This document shows positions 36,976 through 47,825 of a DNA stretch of 56,834 nucleotides, in pieces. A program made the position numbers and the translations under genes. The notes beneath the pieces were generated by a model. The model was not told the origin of the DNA. It made no database searches and saw only the letters and a program-made list of their open reading frames with translations. Source of the stretch: Blastocatellia bacterium (GTDB taxonomy: Bacteria > Acidobacteriota > Blastocatellia > RBC074). The stretch is from NCBI GenBank assembly GCA_031398365.1, contig JANNND010000012.1:1-56834 (forward strand). The letters are read 5' to 3'. How positions within the stretch are numbered: position 1 is the first letter of the stretch; each line of letters opens with the position of its first letter.

Positions 36976-37431
36976 TTATTTGATTTCCAACCAATATTCT
37001 TTCTTCGTTAAAGCCAACAAGGCTTTGTTGTTTCCACCACCATCGCGCAGCGCATAGACCGTGACCTGATGTCGGCCTCGCGCAAGTTGTAATGTGGGGA
37101 TAGGGAACGTGAAGCCATGTGAAGCGTCGGCTGCTGCACTGGCTTGGACCAGATCATCGCGTTGTTCGTCGGCGCGGCGATTTGTCACCCACTGCCCATC
37201 AATGAAAAGCTGTACTTCCAAACGGGCATCTGGCGCGCGCGGGTCGTAGGCCCAACCAGCCACATGGGTCGCATCCGCTACATCAATTGCGCCGCGAATA
37301 GGAGGATTCAGATGAGAGTAGGCTGCCAAGGAAATCGCAATCAGGATGATGAGAAACTCCAGACCCGCTTTGGCAAGAATGGCCTTGAGCATTGTGGTCG
37401 CAATTGACGATTCGGCTTGCGAAGGTTGCAT
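36976..37431 (-). CDS. Membrane-anchored hypothetical protein
   Basis: TM segment LEFLIILIAISLAAY followed by a beta-rich ectodomain. Start at 37431 or 37392. The track start at 37473 overlaps the upstream kinase gene. Confidence 0.5.
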   Translation of the reverse strand: MQPSQAESSIATTMLKAILAKAGLEFLIILIAISLAAYSHLNPPIRGAIDVADATHVAGWAYDPRAPDARLEVQLFIDGQWVTNRRADEQRDDLVQASAAADASHGFTFPIPTLQLARGRHQVTVYALRDGGGNNKALLALTKKEYWLEIK

Positions 37432-37441
37432 GGATTTCAAG

Positions 37442-38578
37442 TTATGCCAGTTCTTGTTGTCGTCCGGCAACATTCAGGTTTAGGTAATCAGGCGTCGTCC
37501 CGGTCTGTGCCAACTCCCATCCTGTTTCCGCCAGTCCGGCGACACGCTTGCCAAAGTCCACGAAGCGTTCGTCCTGAGTCTGGCCGACGTGATAGCGATA
37601 GTAAATTTGCTGCAACACGACAGTAAGTTTGAAAAGCGCAAGAACCTCATAATACACAATGTTCGAGACATCGCTGCCGCTACGCGCGGCATAACGCTCA
37701 ATCAGTTCGGCACGACTCAACCAGCCGGGTAAAACGGTCAGCGAACTGATCGCCTCGCGCCGCGCCTCGGAGTCTCCCTTCTGCGACCAGTAACAAAGCA
37801 ACAAGCCGAGATCAACCAGCGGATCGCCGAGCGCGCACATTTCCCAGTCCAGAATAGCCACAAGGCGTGTTGGGTCATTCGCATCCAGCATTACGTTGTC
37901 CAGCTTGTAGTCGTTGTGCAGCAAAGTCGGGCGTGTCGCCTCCGGTGGCATGCGATCTTTCAGCCACTCGACTAAGCTGTCCATTTCCGGCACTTCGCTC
38001 GTTTTCGCGCGCTGCCAACGATCCGACCAACCTTTGACTTGGCGCGCGACGAAGCCTGCAGGTTTGCCTAAATTCATAAGGTTGTGCTTTTCGAGATCAA
38101 TCGAGTGTAAATCCGCCAACGCATCAATCAAGCTTTCGCTCACACGCCGTCGCCAGCTTAAATCTGTGCCGACGCCGGGTGGGAAATCACGCCGCACCAC
38201 AAGGCCGCGTCGCCGCTCCATCAGGTAAAATGGCACACCGATGACCGAAGTGTCTTCGCACAAAACATAGGGTTTGGGCGCGAGTGGAAAGACTGGATAG
38301 ATGGCCGCCAGCATACGGAATTCGCGCGGCATGTCATGCGCAGTCGGTGCGACAGGACCAACCGGAGGCCGACGCAGTACAAATTCCTGTGCGCCAAATT
38401 TTACGCAGTAGGTCAGATTGGAATGCCCACCAGGAAATTGCTCCAACGTCATTTCCCGGTCGGCGATCAGTTCCTCTGGTAAATGCTGGCGCAAGTAATC
38501 AGCCAGCGCTTTTTCGTTCAACTCTTCGCCCGCACGAATTGGCAGCGTATCAAGTGAAATGGGATGGATTGATTGCAT
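37442..38578 (-). CDS. Phosphotransferase (APH/choline-kinase-like) family protein
   Basis: Brenner-type catalytic loop [13 protein letters not shown] and [17 protein letters not shown]-terminus GGHSNLTY. Confidence 0.8.
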   Translation of the reverse strand: MQSIHPISLDTLPIRAGEELNEKALADYLRQHLPEELIADREMTLEQFPGGHSNLTYCVKFGAQEFVLRRPPVGPVAPTAHDMPREFRMLAAIYPVFPLAPKPYVLCEDTSVIGVPFYLMERRRGLVVRRDFPPGVGTDLSWRRRVSESLIDALADLHSIDLEKHNLMNLGKPAGFVARQVKGWSDRWQRAKTSEVPEMDSLVEWLKDRMPPEATRPTLLHNDYKLDNVMLDANDPTRLVAILDWEMCALGDPLVDLGLLLCYWSQKGDSEARREAISSLTVLPGWLSRAELIERYAARSGSDVSNIVYYEVLALFKLTVVLQQIYYRYHVGQTQDERFVDFGKRVAGLAETGWELAQTGTTPDYLNLNVAGRQQELA

Positions 38579-38784
38579 AGTTCCTCTTAGCTTGCCTAAT
38601 TCCTGATTGTATATGGAGCAAGAGTGTAAAGATCACCTGCCCTTTTGTCCAAAGATTCGCGCGCGAACTCTTGCCAGATAACCCCAAGAAGCCAATAATC
38701 AGCCCACAATTGCGGTACAAAGAGGACGCCTCAAAAACAAATTGCAGTACACCCAAAAGATCACTGAATTAAGCAGGAGAAAGC

Positions 38785-39561
38785 ATGACTGAAAATCCTA
38801 CCAATACTATCAACCCCGTTGCCGAAGCCATCGCCTTACTTAACAGTCTGACGGAAAGCCAATTGGACGAGGTCGGACAATCACTGAGCACCCACGCCAG
38901 CACTCGGCTGAGCCGCAAATCGCTCAACACAAACACCGGGGGCATATTTCGCAAGGTGGCTGTATTCGGTCTGGCACTCGCATTGATAGCCCTATTCGCA
39001 TTCATTTGGATGTATTTCAACTCCACCCAAAATATTGCGAGCGGCGAACGCAAAACCAAACAAGCAGATTGGGGCTATGCGGTCGATCAATATCGCTTTC
39101 GCAATCGCATGCGGCTAAATTTGTGGAGCGATTCCAGCCTGTTCAGTAGTTCCAGTAACGCCACGCTTGATCTAAGTAATGTAAGCGTGAACCAAATTAC
39201 GGAAGAGCGTTGGCTGGCCGATAGCCGCGCGATTTATTTGAATATGCTCGTCACGGTTGACGGCAAAGAACAACCGGCAAAAGTAATTTACGATTTTCAG
39301 CGCGGCGAGATGCAAACCACCTCACCTGCCGATTTGTGGCGTGTGCCGAACGAGCCGAACAAAAATGTGAAGCTCTCGGACGGCGAATTTCAGGCGGTGC
39401 TGAATCGTTATACGGGTCAAGCTCCGGCAGTACCAACGCCTAGTCCCTCCCCTTCGGTGGCCGCCGCGCCTAGTTTGACGCCCAGCCTTTCGCCTCCCGC
39501 GGTCTCGCCTTCACCTTCACCATCAGCTTCTGTTTTGCCTAGCGCCGAACAAAAGAACTGA
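38785..39561 (+). CDS. Membrane-anchored hypothetical protein with a Pro/Ser-rich tail
   Basis: TM segment VAVFGLALALIALFAFIWMYF. C-terminus PTPSPSPSVAAAPSLTPSLSPPAVSPSPSPS. Confidence 0.5.
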   Translation: MTENPTNTINPVAEAIALLNSLTESQLDEVGQSLSTHASTRLSRKSLNTNTGGIFRKVAVFGLALALIALFAFIWMYFNSTQNIASGERKTKQADWGYAVDQYRFRNRMRLNLWSDSSLFSSSSNATLDLSNVSVNQITEERWLADSRAIYLNMLVTVDGKEQPAKVIYDFQRGEMQTTSPADLWRVPNEPNKNVKLSDGEFQAVLNRYTGQAPAVPTPSPSPSVAAAPSLTPSLSPPAVSPSPSPSASVLPSAEQKN

Positions 39562-39585
39562 ATTAAAACGACAGGAGTTCAGTTT

Positions 39586-40188
39586 GTGAAAAAACTTGGG
39601 ATTCTGATTTCGCGACGTGGCTCGAACATGGTGGCCTTAGCGGATGCAGTGCAGGACGGACGCATTTCTGAAGCTGAAATTGCGCTTGTAATTAGTAATG
39701 TCGAAACGGCGGACGGCTTGGTCAAAGCACAAGAGCGGGGCATCTCCACAATTGTGCTGGATCATCGCGGTAAGACGCGCGAAGAACACGACCGCGCAAT
39801 GGCAGCGGAATTACGCAATTACGCTGTAGATTTGATTTGTCTGGCTGGGTATATGCGTTTGCTCTCGCCCTGGTTTATTCAGGAATTCCCGCAGCGCATT
39901 TTGAATATTCACCCGTCGCTCTTGCCTGCCTTCACCGGACTCAATGCGCAGAAGCAAGCGGTTGACTATGGGGTGAAATTTTCTGGTTGTACGGTGCACT
40001 TTGTGGATGAAGAGCTGGATCATGGCGCGATTATCAAACAGGCTATCGTGCCGATTCTTCCGCAAGATCACGAGGAGTCGCTCGCTGCCCGCATTTTAGC
40101 TGAAGAACATCGTATCTACGCGGAAGCTGTATCTTTCGTCTTAAGTGGTAAGTATAAAATAGATGGACGCCGAATAACTGAAGACTGA
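39586..40188 (+). CDS. purN: Phosphoribosylglycinamide formyltransferase
   Basis: GTG start. KLGILISRRGSNM and NIHPSLLPAFTGLNAQKQAVDYGVKFSGCTVHFVDEELDHGAII. Confidence 0.92.
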   Translation: MKKLGILISRRGSNMVALADAVQDGRISEAEIALVISNVETADGLVKAQERGISTIVLDHRGKTREEHDRAMAAELRNYAVDLICLAGYMRLLSPWFIQEFPQRILNIHPSLLPAFTGLNAQKQAVDYGVKFSGCTVHFVDEELDHGAIIKQAIVPILPQDHEESLAARILAEEHRIYAEAVSFVLSGKYKIDGRRITED

Positions 40189-40484
40189 GTCAGTCTGATA
40201 CTAGGAAGTATGAACCCACGTAAAATTGTCCAGTTGCAATTCCCACCCCGCAATGTTAAAAAATAAGCACCCCTAAAGTACGCAAGAGAATGTAAGTCCC
40301 TATAACAAAATCAAAACTATCCTCACTTTATAAGCTTGGCCATCAGGCCAGCAACTTTTTGAACGTTGAAGATAACTCTCTACGCTCGTAAACACCATCT
40401 TCAAGATTCTTGCTGATAGCTGATTAAGCTGTCGTCGGTCACTGTTCAGGTGACCCAACTCAAATTTTAAGGAGCAGTACGTCC

Positions 40485-41585
40485 ATGAAACCTAATTCCC
40501 TCTTCACATCTTTGTGTGTCCGTGTGTCTCGGAATCGCGCGTCAATGCTGGCGTTGTTTTTTGCCCTGACACTGGCCTTTAATTTTATTTATTCAACTCC
40601 GCAGCAGGCGCAATCCGTAACTTTGGACGCGGAAGAGCAGGCCTTCTTAACCCTGATCAATAACTATCGTCAGCAAAATGGATTAGCTACGTTGCAAGCT
40701 TCTGTCTCTATTACCACTGCCGCCAAGTGGATGAGCGGAGATATGGCGCAGAAGAATTATTTCAGCCATACTGATAGTTTAGGGCGCGATCCATTTACGC
40801 GCATGCGCGCCTTTGGATATAACTACAACACCTATATGGGCGAAAACATCGCCGCCGGATACAGCGACGCAGCAAACACTTTCAATCAGTGGAAAAATTC
40901 GCCCGGTCATAACCAAAACATGCTCAATCCCAACTTTAGGGTCATTGGCATTGGGCGCGTAGCCAATCTGAATTCAACATATCGGTATTATTGGACGACA
41001 GGTTTCGGCGGTTATGTGGATCAGGTCATCTCTTCGGGAAATCCGACCCCGACCCCGACTCCGACCCCAACCCCAACTCCCACTCCCACCCCAACGCCAA
41101 CTCCGAGTCCAACTCCGACTCCGACTCCTAAACCAACGCCCACCCCAACGCCAACCCCGGCACCCACAACCGTAGCGTTGCTGAATCCAAGTTTTGAAAG
41201 TGGATTGGCCAATTGGACTACGAGTGGTTATGTGTATTACACGACCAGCTATGCCACTAATGGATCATACGCTGCGTTACTATATGCCAACGCGTCTACA
41301 CCCTCATCAATTTTCCAATGGGTGCAATTGACGCCCGGCGCTACCTATGAGGTAAGCGGAGATGTCCAGGCAGATTCTCGCGTGCAGGCTACTTTGGGCG
41401 TGCGCTGGGAGAATTATGCAGATGGGCCTGCCACACGTTTTGCAACGGCTGGTCAGCCCGTGAAGGTGCGCTTCACGGTTCCTGCGGGCAGTGGCAAAGT
41501 CGGTGTTTATTTCAAAGCAACGGGGACAACAGCCTCTTATTATTGGGCTGTGATTGATAATCTCAAGATCGTCCGCGTGAGTTAA
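40485..41585 (+). CDS. Secreted CAP/SCP/PR1-like domain protein with a (TP)n linker and a C-terminal beta-sandwich (CBM-like) domain
   Basis: Signal peptide. CAP motifs ([14 protein letters not shown]..., [29 protein letters not shown]). A roughly 40-residue Thr-Pro linker. Confidence 0.75.
   Translation: MKPNSLFTSLCVRVSRNRASMLALFFALTLAFNFIYSTPQQAQSVTLDAEEQAFLTLINNYRQQNGLATLQASVSITTAAKWMSGDMAQKNYFSHTDSLGRDPFTRMRAFGYNYNTYMGENIAAGYSDAANTFNQWKNSPGHNQNMLNPNFRVIGIGRVANLNSTYRYYWTTGFGGYVDQVISSGNPTPTPTPTPTPTPTPTPTPTPSPTPTPTPKPTPTPTPTPAPTTVALLNPSFESGLANWTTSGYVYYTTSYATNGSYAALLYANASTPSSIFQWVQLTPGATYEVSGDVQADSRVQATLGVRWENYADGPATRFATAGQPVKVRFTVPAGSGKVGVYFKATGTTASYYWAVIDNLKIVRVS
41043..41170 (+). repeat. 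Degenerate hexanucleotide (ACNCCN) repeat encoding the Thr-Pro linker
   Basis: ccgaccccgaccccgactccgaccccaaccccaact... in frame inside the CAP-domain gene. Confidence 0.85.
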
Positions 41586-41609
41586 CCTTGCGCTTTGTAC
41601 AACACAAAA

Positions 41610-41650
41610 GGAGCCTGCTCACATTCAATGTGAGCAGGCTCCTTTATTTT
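41610..41650. terminator. Bidirectional rho-independent terminator
   Basis: 14-bp perfect stem ggagcctgctcaca/tgtgagcaggctcc with loop ttcaa and a tttatttt tail. An A-rich 5' flank serves the convergent gene. Confidence 0.85.
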
Positions 41651-41663
41651 GCGTTCGGAAGAT

Positions 41664-42950
41664 TTAGCCTAAGGTCGCATCGGCAGATTGCACCGTGAGC
41701 GTCTCAGTCGGCGGCAATAACCGCCATTGCTGCGGCATATAAAACATCCCGCGCACTGATTTGCCGGGCAACACTTTGAGAATGTACTGGCGTGGTTTCA
41801 AATCATACGGTGCTACTGAACCGCGCTTGCTCAGAATGCCGTCAATTTTGTATACGCCGGGCGACAAACCAAATTCGCTGCAATCGAATTGCACGATGCC
41901 CTCGCCCGGTAAGGAAGGGATTGCCGCACCATTAATTGCGGTCGTCAAATGCGAATACAGGCGATCATCAGGCGAATAAAACAACATCTCGAAGACAGGG
42001 TCAGTAATAGTGTTATAGGTGCGATAATGAATACGCGCGGTTAAATCATCACCGGTCGCAATCGTATCGGTTTCCTGCCCCTCACCGTTGTAAAACTTGA
42101 CGCTTAAAATCTCCGCTTCCCGCCCGTACAAGGAGGTCTTTGATTCAATCGCAAGGCCAGTCGTATTTTGTGCCAAATGCGTGCTGGATTTCTTCGCAAA
42201 AAGGACTTCATTGTAGTAGAGGCTGATGACCTCCTGTGGTTTGCCAATGGCACGCAGTTCCCCTTTAGAAATGAAGGCAACGCGATCACACAACCGTTCG
42301 ACCGCAGGCATGTCGTGCGAGACAAAGGCAATCGTCATGCCGCCGCGCCGCAACTCCTCAATGCGCTGCTGACATTTGCTTTGAAAGTTCGCATCGCCGA
42401 CGGCCAACACTTCGTCTACTAATAAAACTGCGGGGTTAATGTGAGCCGCAACCGCAAAGCCCAAGCGCACATACATTCCCGATGAGTAACGTTTCACGGG
42501 CGTATCAATGAATTTTTCCATTTCGGAAAATTCCACAATGCGGTCAAATTTCTTTGCCACTTCCGCCTTCTTCATACCCATGATTGAGCCATAAAGAAAG
42601 ATATTCTCGCGCCCCGTTAACTCCGGGTGAAACCCCGCCCCAACTTCAATTAAGGAGGCGACGGAACCGCTCACCATAATTTTGCCGTGATTGGGATAAA
42701 TGATGCGCGCCAGCAGTTTGAGAAGTGTACTTTTGCCCGATCCATTGGGACCGATAAAGCCGACGGTTTCGCCGCGTTCGATGGCGAGATCGACTTCCTT
42801 CAGCGCATAAAATTCATCGCTGCCTGCTTGCCCTTTAGAACTTGGCAGAAGGTTTTTCATCATCCGCGCCATCTCTTCCCGAATGGATTTCGAGCCGAGC
42901 CGACTGAGACGGTATGTCTTGGAAACTTTGTCTAAAACAACAATGCTCAT
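41664..42950 (-). CDS. Polysaccharide-export ABC transporter ATP-binding protein (Wzt/TagH-like) with a C-terminal substrate-binding domain
   Basis: Walker [10 protein letters not shown], signature YSSGM and Walker [12 protein letters not shown], plus a C-terminal beta domain of about 170 aa. Confidence 0.85.
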   Translation of the reverse strand: MSIVVLDKVSKTYRLSRLGSKSIREEMARMMKNLLPSSKGQAGSDEFYALKEVDLAIERGETVGFIGPNGSGKSTLLKLLARIIYPNHGKIMVSGSVASLIEVGAGFHPELTGRENIFLYGSIMGMKKAEVAKKFDRIVEFSEMEKFIDTPVKRYSSGMYVRLGFAVAAHINPAVLLVDEVLAVGDANFQSKCQQRIEELRRGGMTIAFVSHDMPAVERLCDRVAFISKGELRAIGKPQEVISLYYNEVLFAKKSSTHLAQNTTGLAIESKTSLYGREAEILSVKFYNGEGQETDTIATGDDLTARIHYRTYNTITDPVFEMLFYSPDDRLYSHLTTAINGAAIPSLPGEGIVQFDCSEFGLSPGVYKIDGILSKRGSVAPYDLKPRQYILKVLPGKSVRGMFYMPQQWRLLPPTETLTVQSADATLG

Positions 42951-42962
42951 AAAAGAAGTGTC

Positions 42963-43042
42963 AGGTGACAGGTGCTGGGTGTTAGATACTTGATGTTAGA
43001 GAGAACCTTTGCCCTTAACCTAACACCCAGCACCTGTCATCT
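42963..43042. repeat. Long hairpin (19-bp perfect stem, about 23 bp extended) between the permease and ATPase genes, with a heptad-periodic 5' arm
   Basis: gacaggtgctgggtgttag (42967-42985) pairs with ctaacacccagcacctgtc (43020-38). The arm reads caggtga caggtgc tgggtgt tagatac ttgatgt tagagag. The stem overlaps the permease stop codon. Confidence 0.85.
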
Positions 43043-43964
43043 ACACCAAGTCTGCGAATTCGCGCTCCAAGTGCTTGAAGTATTTGTAGGAAGCCAAGAC
43101 CAGCAAAACAGAAATCGTGGCGGCAATGCCGAGGAATTTCAAATCCGGCGTGAGGCCCTGAATGATACATTTGCGATAGCTGTCAATAATGACGGCCATC
43201 GGATTCAAGGTCATGTAGACGGTGTACAACGTCTCGCTTTTCTCTTTCACCTTCGTCGCGGAGTAAAGAATCGGCGTTGCAAACATCCAAACTTGAATTA
43301 CCAGTGGCATCGCATAACGTACGTCTCGATACAACACTGTAAACGCCGAGAGGAAAAAGCTCACGCCAATTGTGAAGAGCAATTGAATTGCCATCAGTGG
43401 GATCACGAAAAAGATGTTCCAATTGATGGTGATTTCGTTGTGATAGAACAACAGCAAGCCCACAAAAATCACCGCCGCGACCAGAAAATCCACAAAGGCT
43501 GCCAACACGCACGACAGTGGCACAATTTCGCGCGGAAAGTAGATTTTCGTGATGACGTACGAATTTGTAATCAGGCTTGGGATCGCAAACGAAAGCGCGG
43601 TCGAAAAGAACGTCCACGACAACAATCCCGTGTACGAAAACAGCGCATATGGCATTCCGGCGTCGCCTTTCATCCCGGCAAAGTACGAGAAGAAAATCCC
43701 GAATACCAGCATCAACGAAAGCGGCTGTAGGACAGCCCATACGGCTCCCAGCGCAGTTTGTTTATAGCGGATTTTTAACTCACGTTGAGTCGTAAGTTGC
43801 AATAATTCCAGATGATGACCCAGTTCTTTGAGGTGGGAAAAAATGCTGTCGCTCCATTCCACGGAATTGCGCAATTCAGGTTCCTGACTTTGCGCTTCGT
43901 GGGGTGGAGGAGTTGTGAGGAGCGGATCTGGTTTGAGTTCTTTTTCAATTGCTGTCGCAGACAT
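43041..43964 (-). CDS. ABC-2 type polysaccharide-export permease (Wzm-like)
   Basis: Six predicted TM segments, ELKIRYKQTALGAVWAVLQP ABC-2 signature, adjacent to the ATPase gene. Confidence 0.85.
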   Translation of the reverse strand: MSATAIEKELKPDPLLTTPPPHEAQSQEPELRNSVEWSDSIFSHLKELGHHLELLQLTTQRELKIRYKQTALGAVWAVLQPLSLMLVFGIFFSYFAGMKGDAGMPYALFSYTGLLSWTFFSTALSFAIPSLITNSYVITKIYFPREIVPLSCVLAAFVDFLVAAVIFVGLLLFYHNEITINWNIFFVIPLMAIQLLFTIGVSFFLSAFTVLYRDVRYAMPLVIQVWMFATPILYSATKVKEKSETLYTVYMTLNPMAVIIDSYRKCIIQGLTPDLKFLGIAATISVLLVLASYKYFKHLEREFADLV

Positions 43965-44025
43965 GATTACAGTTTATAGCTCCTAACCTCTCTAAGCAGA
44001 TATAAGGCACCTAACTTGGAAGGAT

Positions 44026-45336
44026 TCAAATCTTGGTTTGGCTTTCTGACGGTTGACCCTCTTGCCAGGCCTGCCGTTCTTTTTCTGCTTCCGGGACTTC
44101 GATCCCGGTAAGCAGGCGAGTGCTTTTTAGCGACACTACGCGTTGATAAATGTCCGAATATTTCAACGCAATGGTGGCCCATTCTCTTTGTTTGACGACG
44201 TGCGCACGGGCCCGCTTCCCCATTTCTTTTCGTTCCTGCGGGTTATTCACCAGATACGAAATGGTTGCCCCTAAGGTCACGTTATCATCAGTCTCCACCA
44301 CAAAGCCAGTTTTGTTGTGACGAATCAATTCTGCGATGCCGCCGACATTGCTGCCCACCACGGCACGCTCCATAGACATCGCTTCCAAGGGGCGGATGGA
44401 GGTGGTCAATTCAGTCATGCGCGTACTCAAACGCGGATATACGCAGATGTCTATGACCGAGTAATAACGCAAAATATCTTCCTGTTCGATGCGTCCCGTA
44501 AAAATGAAATGATCATTCCATTCACGCGGAACGCGCGCGCGAAGTTGTGATTCCATTTCGCCGGAACCCGCGAGAATCAGCTTGAGATCGCGTCGTTCAC
44601 GCAGCAAATAACTCATTACGCTCATCAGGCGATCCAGCCCCTCGTACTTATAAAAAGAACCGATAAAGCCCATCACAGTTTTGCCTTCGAGATGATGTCG
44701 TTCGATCAACTCAGCATCAGGCGGACGCGGATGAAACATGCGCGTGTCTATGCCTTCTGGCACTTCCAATAGTTTGCGCGAACTAAAGCCCCGCGCCAGC
44801 AACTCCTTCTGCATGGAAGTTGAAGTCGTAATTGCTATATCTGCCTGCTTCAACGCGCGTTCTTCCATCCAACGAGCAATGTTATAACGCAGTGAGTAGT
44901 AGGTTGTCTGACCGCTATCCACTGCGGCATCCTGTTCATAGTAGCGCAACTCATAAATCCAGGGTTTCTTCAGTTGTTTGGCCGCGCGCCGTGCTGCCAA
45001 TCCATTGAGCGCGGGCGAGTGCGCGTGAATCAAATCTACTTCGGCGTCGCGCGCCACCTGCACAATCCGCTTCGCCAGTGCGGCAATGTAGGCTTCATGC
45101 CGTAATCCAGGAATGAAGCGCGGTTGCGGCAGGTAATGAAACTCTGACCATTTAGAGCGATGATGCTGCACGCCTTGCAGAATTTCACAACTTTCGTTAA
45201 CGCTTTCGTGGCTTGGTGAAGTCAATACCACGGGCATAATTCCCATTTGGCGCTGTTGCGAAATCAGGTACAGACTACGAAAACTGTAGGCGCTTAGATA
45301 AGGAAGTGAATGATCAAGAACGTGAAGAACTTTCAT
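44026..45336 (-). CDS. Glycosyltransferase family 4 (GT-B)
   Basis: MKVLHVLDHSLPYLSAYSFR N-terminus and C-terminal EX7E-type region (RPLEAMSMERAVVGSNVGGIAELI). Confidence 0.8.
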   Translation of the reverse strand: MKVLHVLDHSLPYLSAYSFRSLYLISQQRQMGIMPVVLTSPSHESVNESCEILQGVQHHRSKWSEFHYLPQPRFIPGLRHEAYIAALAKRIVQVARDAEVDLIHAHSPALNGLAARRAAKQLKKPWIYELRYYEQDAAVDSGQTTYYSLRYNIARWMEERALKQADIAITTSTSMQKELLARGFSSRKLLEVPEGIDTRMFHPRPPDAELIERHHLEGKTVMGFIGSFYKYEGLDRLMSVMSYLLRERRDLKLILAGSGEMESQLRARVPREWNDHFIFTGRIEQEDILRYYSVIDICVYPRLSTRMTELTTSIRPLEAMSMERAVVGSNVGGIAELIRHNKTGFVVETDDNVTLGATISYLVNNPQERKEMGKRARAHVVKQREWATIALKYSDIYQRVVSLKSTRLLTGIEVPEAEKERQAWQEGQPSESQTKI

Positions 45337-45443
45337 TACTTTTGTGGTTAGCTTAAGAAACCTTGATTGTGAGGAACCGAAAGAACTATGCGGATTTTAA
45401 GCTCCTACCTTGCAACTACAATAACTATTATACCGCCTATCTC

Positions 45444-46550
45444 CTAAGGTAAATATTTGACGATCCGTGGCCCCAGCATTTTGGTCACGCTGAGGGGGAG
45501 GCGCTTCCAAACATTGATCATCAACTCAAACTTCGGATTTGTGGGATTGAGATTTGGCATCTCTTTCCCCCGTACGAGGTAAAACTGGTATGGCAATGCG
45601 TTCATTTGCATGCCCCAGCCCCGCTTGAATTCATAAGCGCCCGTGCCGATTTTACTGCGTCCAAAATCGAAACGCGTAAAGCCTCTTGCGGCGGCGGAGC
45701 GCATCAACTCCCAGTACATAAAATTGTTAATGCCAGCGCGGTAAAACTCCACATATGCACCGCCATAATAGGGCATCACAGTGTCTCGGAAATAAAAGCT
45801 CAAGACGCCCCCCGCTACCTTGTTTCCCTGTCGAATTAATAAAATGTCGCTGTGGGCGGGGAACTCGCGCAGGAACTCAGCAAACAACCCCTTGGGAAAC
45901 ACGGGCGTACCAAGATTATGCACGCTGGTGGCGTAAACTTCATAAAACTCATCCAGCAATTCTTCGCGTCCTCGCTGTGCCGTCAAATCGTTTTTGCCGC
46001 CTTTGCGAATCATTGTGCGAACGTCACGCGGAAAGGACTTCATCAATGCGTCTTCATCGGTCGTAATGGGATGCTCAAAGGCATAATACAAATCCTTGCG
46101 ATGCAGATTGCTGTCATTTACCTTCTCTGTTTCAAACGCATCCCGCAATTCCAGAAAGTCCACCTGTAGGTTCGCTGCCAGGGTTTTGGCTTCGTCAAGC
46201 AAGGCCTGACGAGCCTCTGGATCATTTGCTGCAACACCACCATAAACCCCGTTTGGCGTCGAAATCAGCATGGAGCCGAACACGCGGCTTTTCACGTGAA
46301 AAAGCGGTAACACACCAGTGATGGTGCCAGAGTTTTCGGCGATTAAATGATGCGGCGCATGATGCCAGGTACGCTCAATTACTTGGCCCCAACCTGCGAG
46401 GTGACAAAAGGTGCCGGTTGTTGCGCCTTGCACGAAGGCATCCCATGCCGGGGCATCAGTTTTGCGATAGGTGCGAACACGAATCGCTTTTGGTTTTGAT
46501 TCTGCTTTTGCTGCTTGCAAGGTTGCTGTTTCCACAATTCGTAAATTCAA
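45444..46550 (-). CDS. FemAB-related (GNAT-fold) protein of the PEP-CTERM-locus type
   Basis: Layout and blocks (FCHLAGW..., [20 protein letters not shown]) resemble the TIGR03019 family. Its start overlaps the deacetylase gene stop. Confidence 0.7.
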   Translation of the reverse strand: MNLRIVETATLQAAKAESKPKAIRVRTYRKTDAPAWDAFVQGATTGTFCHLAGWGQVIERTWHHAPHHLIAENSGTITGVLPLFHVKSRVFGSMLISTPNGVYGGVAANDPEARQALLDEAKTLAANLQVDFLELRDAFETEKVNDSNLHRKDLYYAFEHPITTDEDALMKSFPRDVRTMIRKGGKNDLTAQRGREELLDEFYEVYATSVHNLGTPVFPKGLFAEFLREFPAHSDILLIRQGNKVAGGVLSFYFRDTVMPYYGGAYVEFYRAGINNFMYWELMRSAAARGFTRFDFGRSKIGTGAYEFKRGWGMQMNALPYQFYLVRGKEMPNLNPTNPKFELMINVWKRLPLSVTKMLGPRIVKYLP

Positions 46551-47482
46551 TTCGCCGCCAACGCCAAATCCTGCGTCTGCAAGCCTAAATTTTTATGCGC
46601 CAAAACCTGTTGGATTGGAGCAAAGGTAAAGTCATTCAACAACCGCTCCAGCTTGTTTTGCGTTTGGCTCAGATTCACACGATGCCGCCAAATATTGAGC
46701 CGCGTGCCTTGGACTAAAGGCTGGTCAGGATCAACTTCCCAGGGATGCAAAAAGAAAATCCCTGGTTCCGCCTCGCTCCGATTAATTCTTTGCCACCCCA
46801 GGCGAAATAACCAATACGGATAGAGACGAAAATAGCCGCCTCCCGAAATTGGAAAATTTGTGCCACGCATTCTTACCGTGGATGGCGGAAACTCAATGAT
46901 TTCTCCTGTTGGGCGCTGGAGTACATGCGGGAAACGTTCGGCCTCCGGCATCCCATAACGGTCGTGATGGACGGGAAAAATCGAAGAGTCATAACTAAAC
47001 CCTTCCTCAATTAGGATATCCAAAGCCCACAGGCTCTGGGCGGTAATGGAATAGCTCGGGGCGCGATAACCACTCACCGGCGCGCCAATCAAATCTTCTA
47101 ACCGATGTTTGGCATTGCGCAAGTCAGCGCGGAACTCATCTGGTGTTTGCTCATAGACCAACCGATGATAGTAGCTGTGACAAGCAACTTCATGGCCTGC
47201 CCGCGCAATAGCCCGGATGAGTTCTGGATGCTGTTCAGCAACATAGCCAAGAGTGAAAAATGTTCCGCGCACATCGTGCCGCGCAAACATCTCTAATAAT
47301 AAAGTTGTATTGCGCTCCACCCGCGATTCCCAATTTCCCCAATCCTCACGCCGGACAACTTTCGCGAAGGCCTCGACCTGATAATAATCTTCTACATCTA
47401 CCGTTAACGCATTCAGCGGATATAATTCAGCAGATACGGTGCCTGGGGTACTGCGGGTGTTATGTTGTTGCGTTTTACTCAA
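46547..47482 (-). CDS. Polysaccharide deacetylase, PEP-CTERM-locus subfamily
   Basis: [71 protein letters not shown] and [10 protein letters not shown]. Confidence 0.8.
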   Translation of the reverse strand: MSKTQQHNTRSTPGTVSAELYPLNALTVDVEDYYQVEAFAKVVRREDWGNWESRVERNTTLLLEMFARHDVRGTFFTLGYVAEQHPELIRAIARAGHEVACHSYYHRLVYEQTPDEFRADLRNAKHRLEDLIGAPVSGYRAPSYSITAQSLWALDILIEEGFSYDSSIFPVHHDRYGMPEAERFPHVLQRPTGEIIEFPPSTVRMRGTNFPISGGGYFRLYPYWLFRLGWQRINRSEAEPGIFFLHPWEVDPDQPLVQGTRLNIWRHRVNLSQTQNKLERLLNDFTFAPIQQVLAHKNLGLQTQDLALAAN

Positions 47483-47825
47483 TCTATTTTCACCTGACGG
47501 GCAAACCGTGACCTTTGCGGTTTGCTAGATTTCTAGGGAACCAATTCGGGCTTGTCGTAATTTTACAGCATTGGAGAATGCACTCACCCTTTTTACGTAA
47601 ACCCTACATCAAACACAGTTTAAGAGGTTTGAGAGCGAGGTCATCAAATCCTTCGCATAATAGCCTTAGATCAAGAATTAAGACAAGGATAATTTCGTTG
47701 CATCTTTATAGCAAAAACTTCTCCTTATCCCTCAGGGCGCACAACCCGCTAACATCCGAGCGCGCGTACTTCGTTATGAAAGTTGAGAGGAAATACAGCC
47801 TTAGTCACCGTCTTTGCTTTGGCTT

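Noticed and set aside
41021-41212. 63-aa minus-strand ORF encoding a (GV)n repeat
   Set aside because: It is simply the complement of the Thr-Pro linker repeat of the CAP-domain gene.
42972-43740. 252-aa plus-strand and 185-aa minus-strand alternative-frame ORFs within the ABC-2 permease gene
   Set aside because: The permease frame gives six clean TM helices. The alternatives are His/Arg/Gln-rich with no domain.
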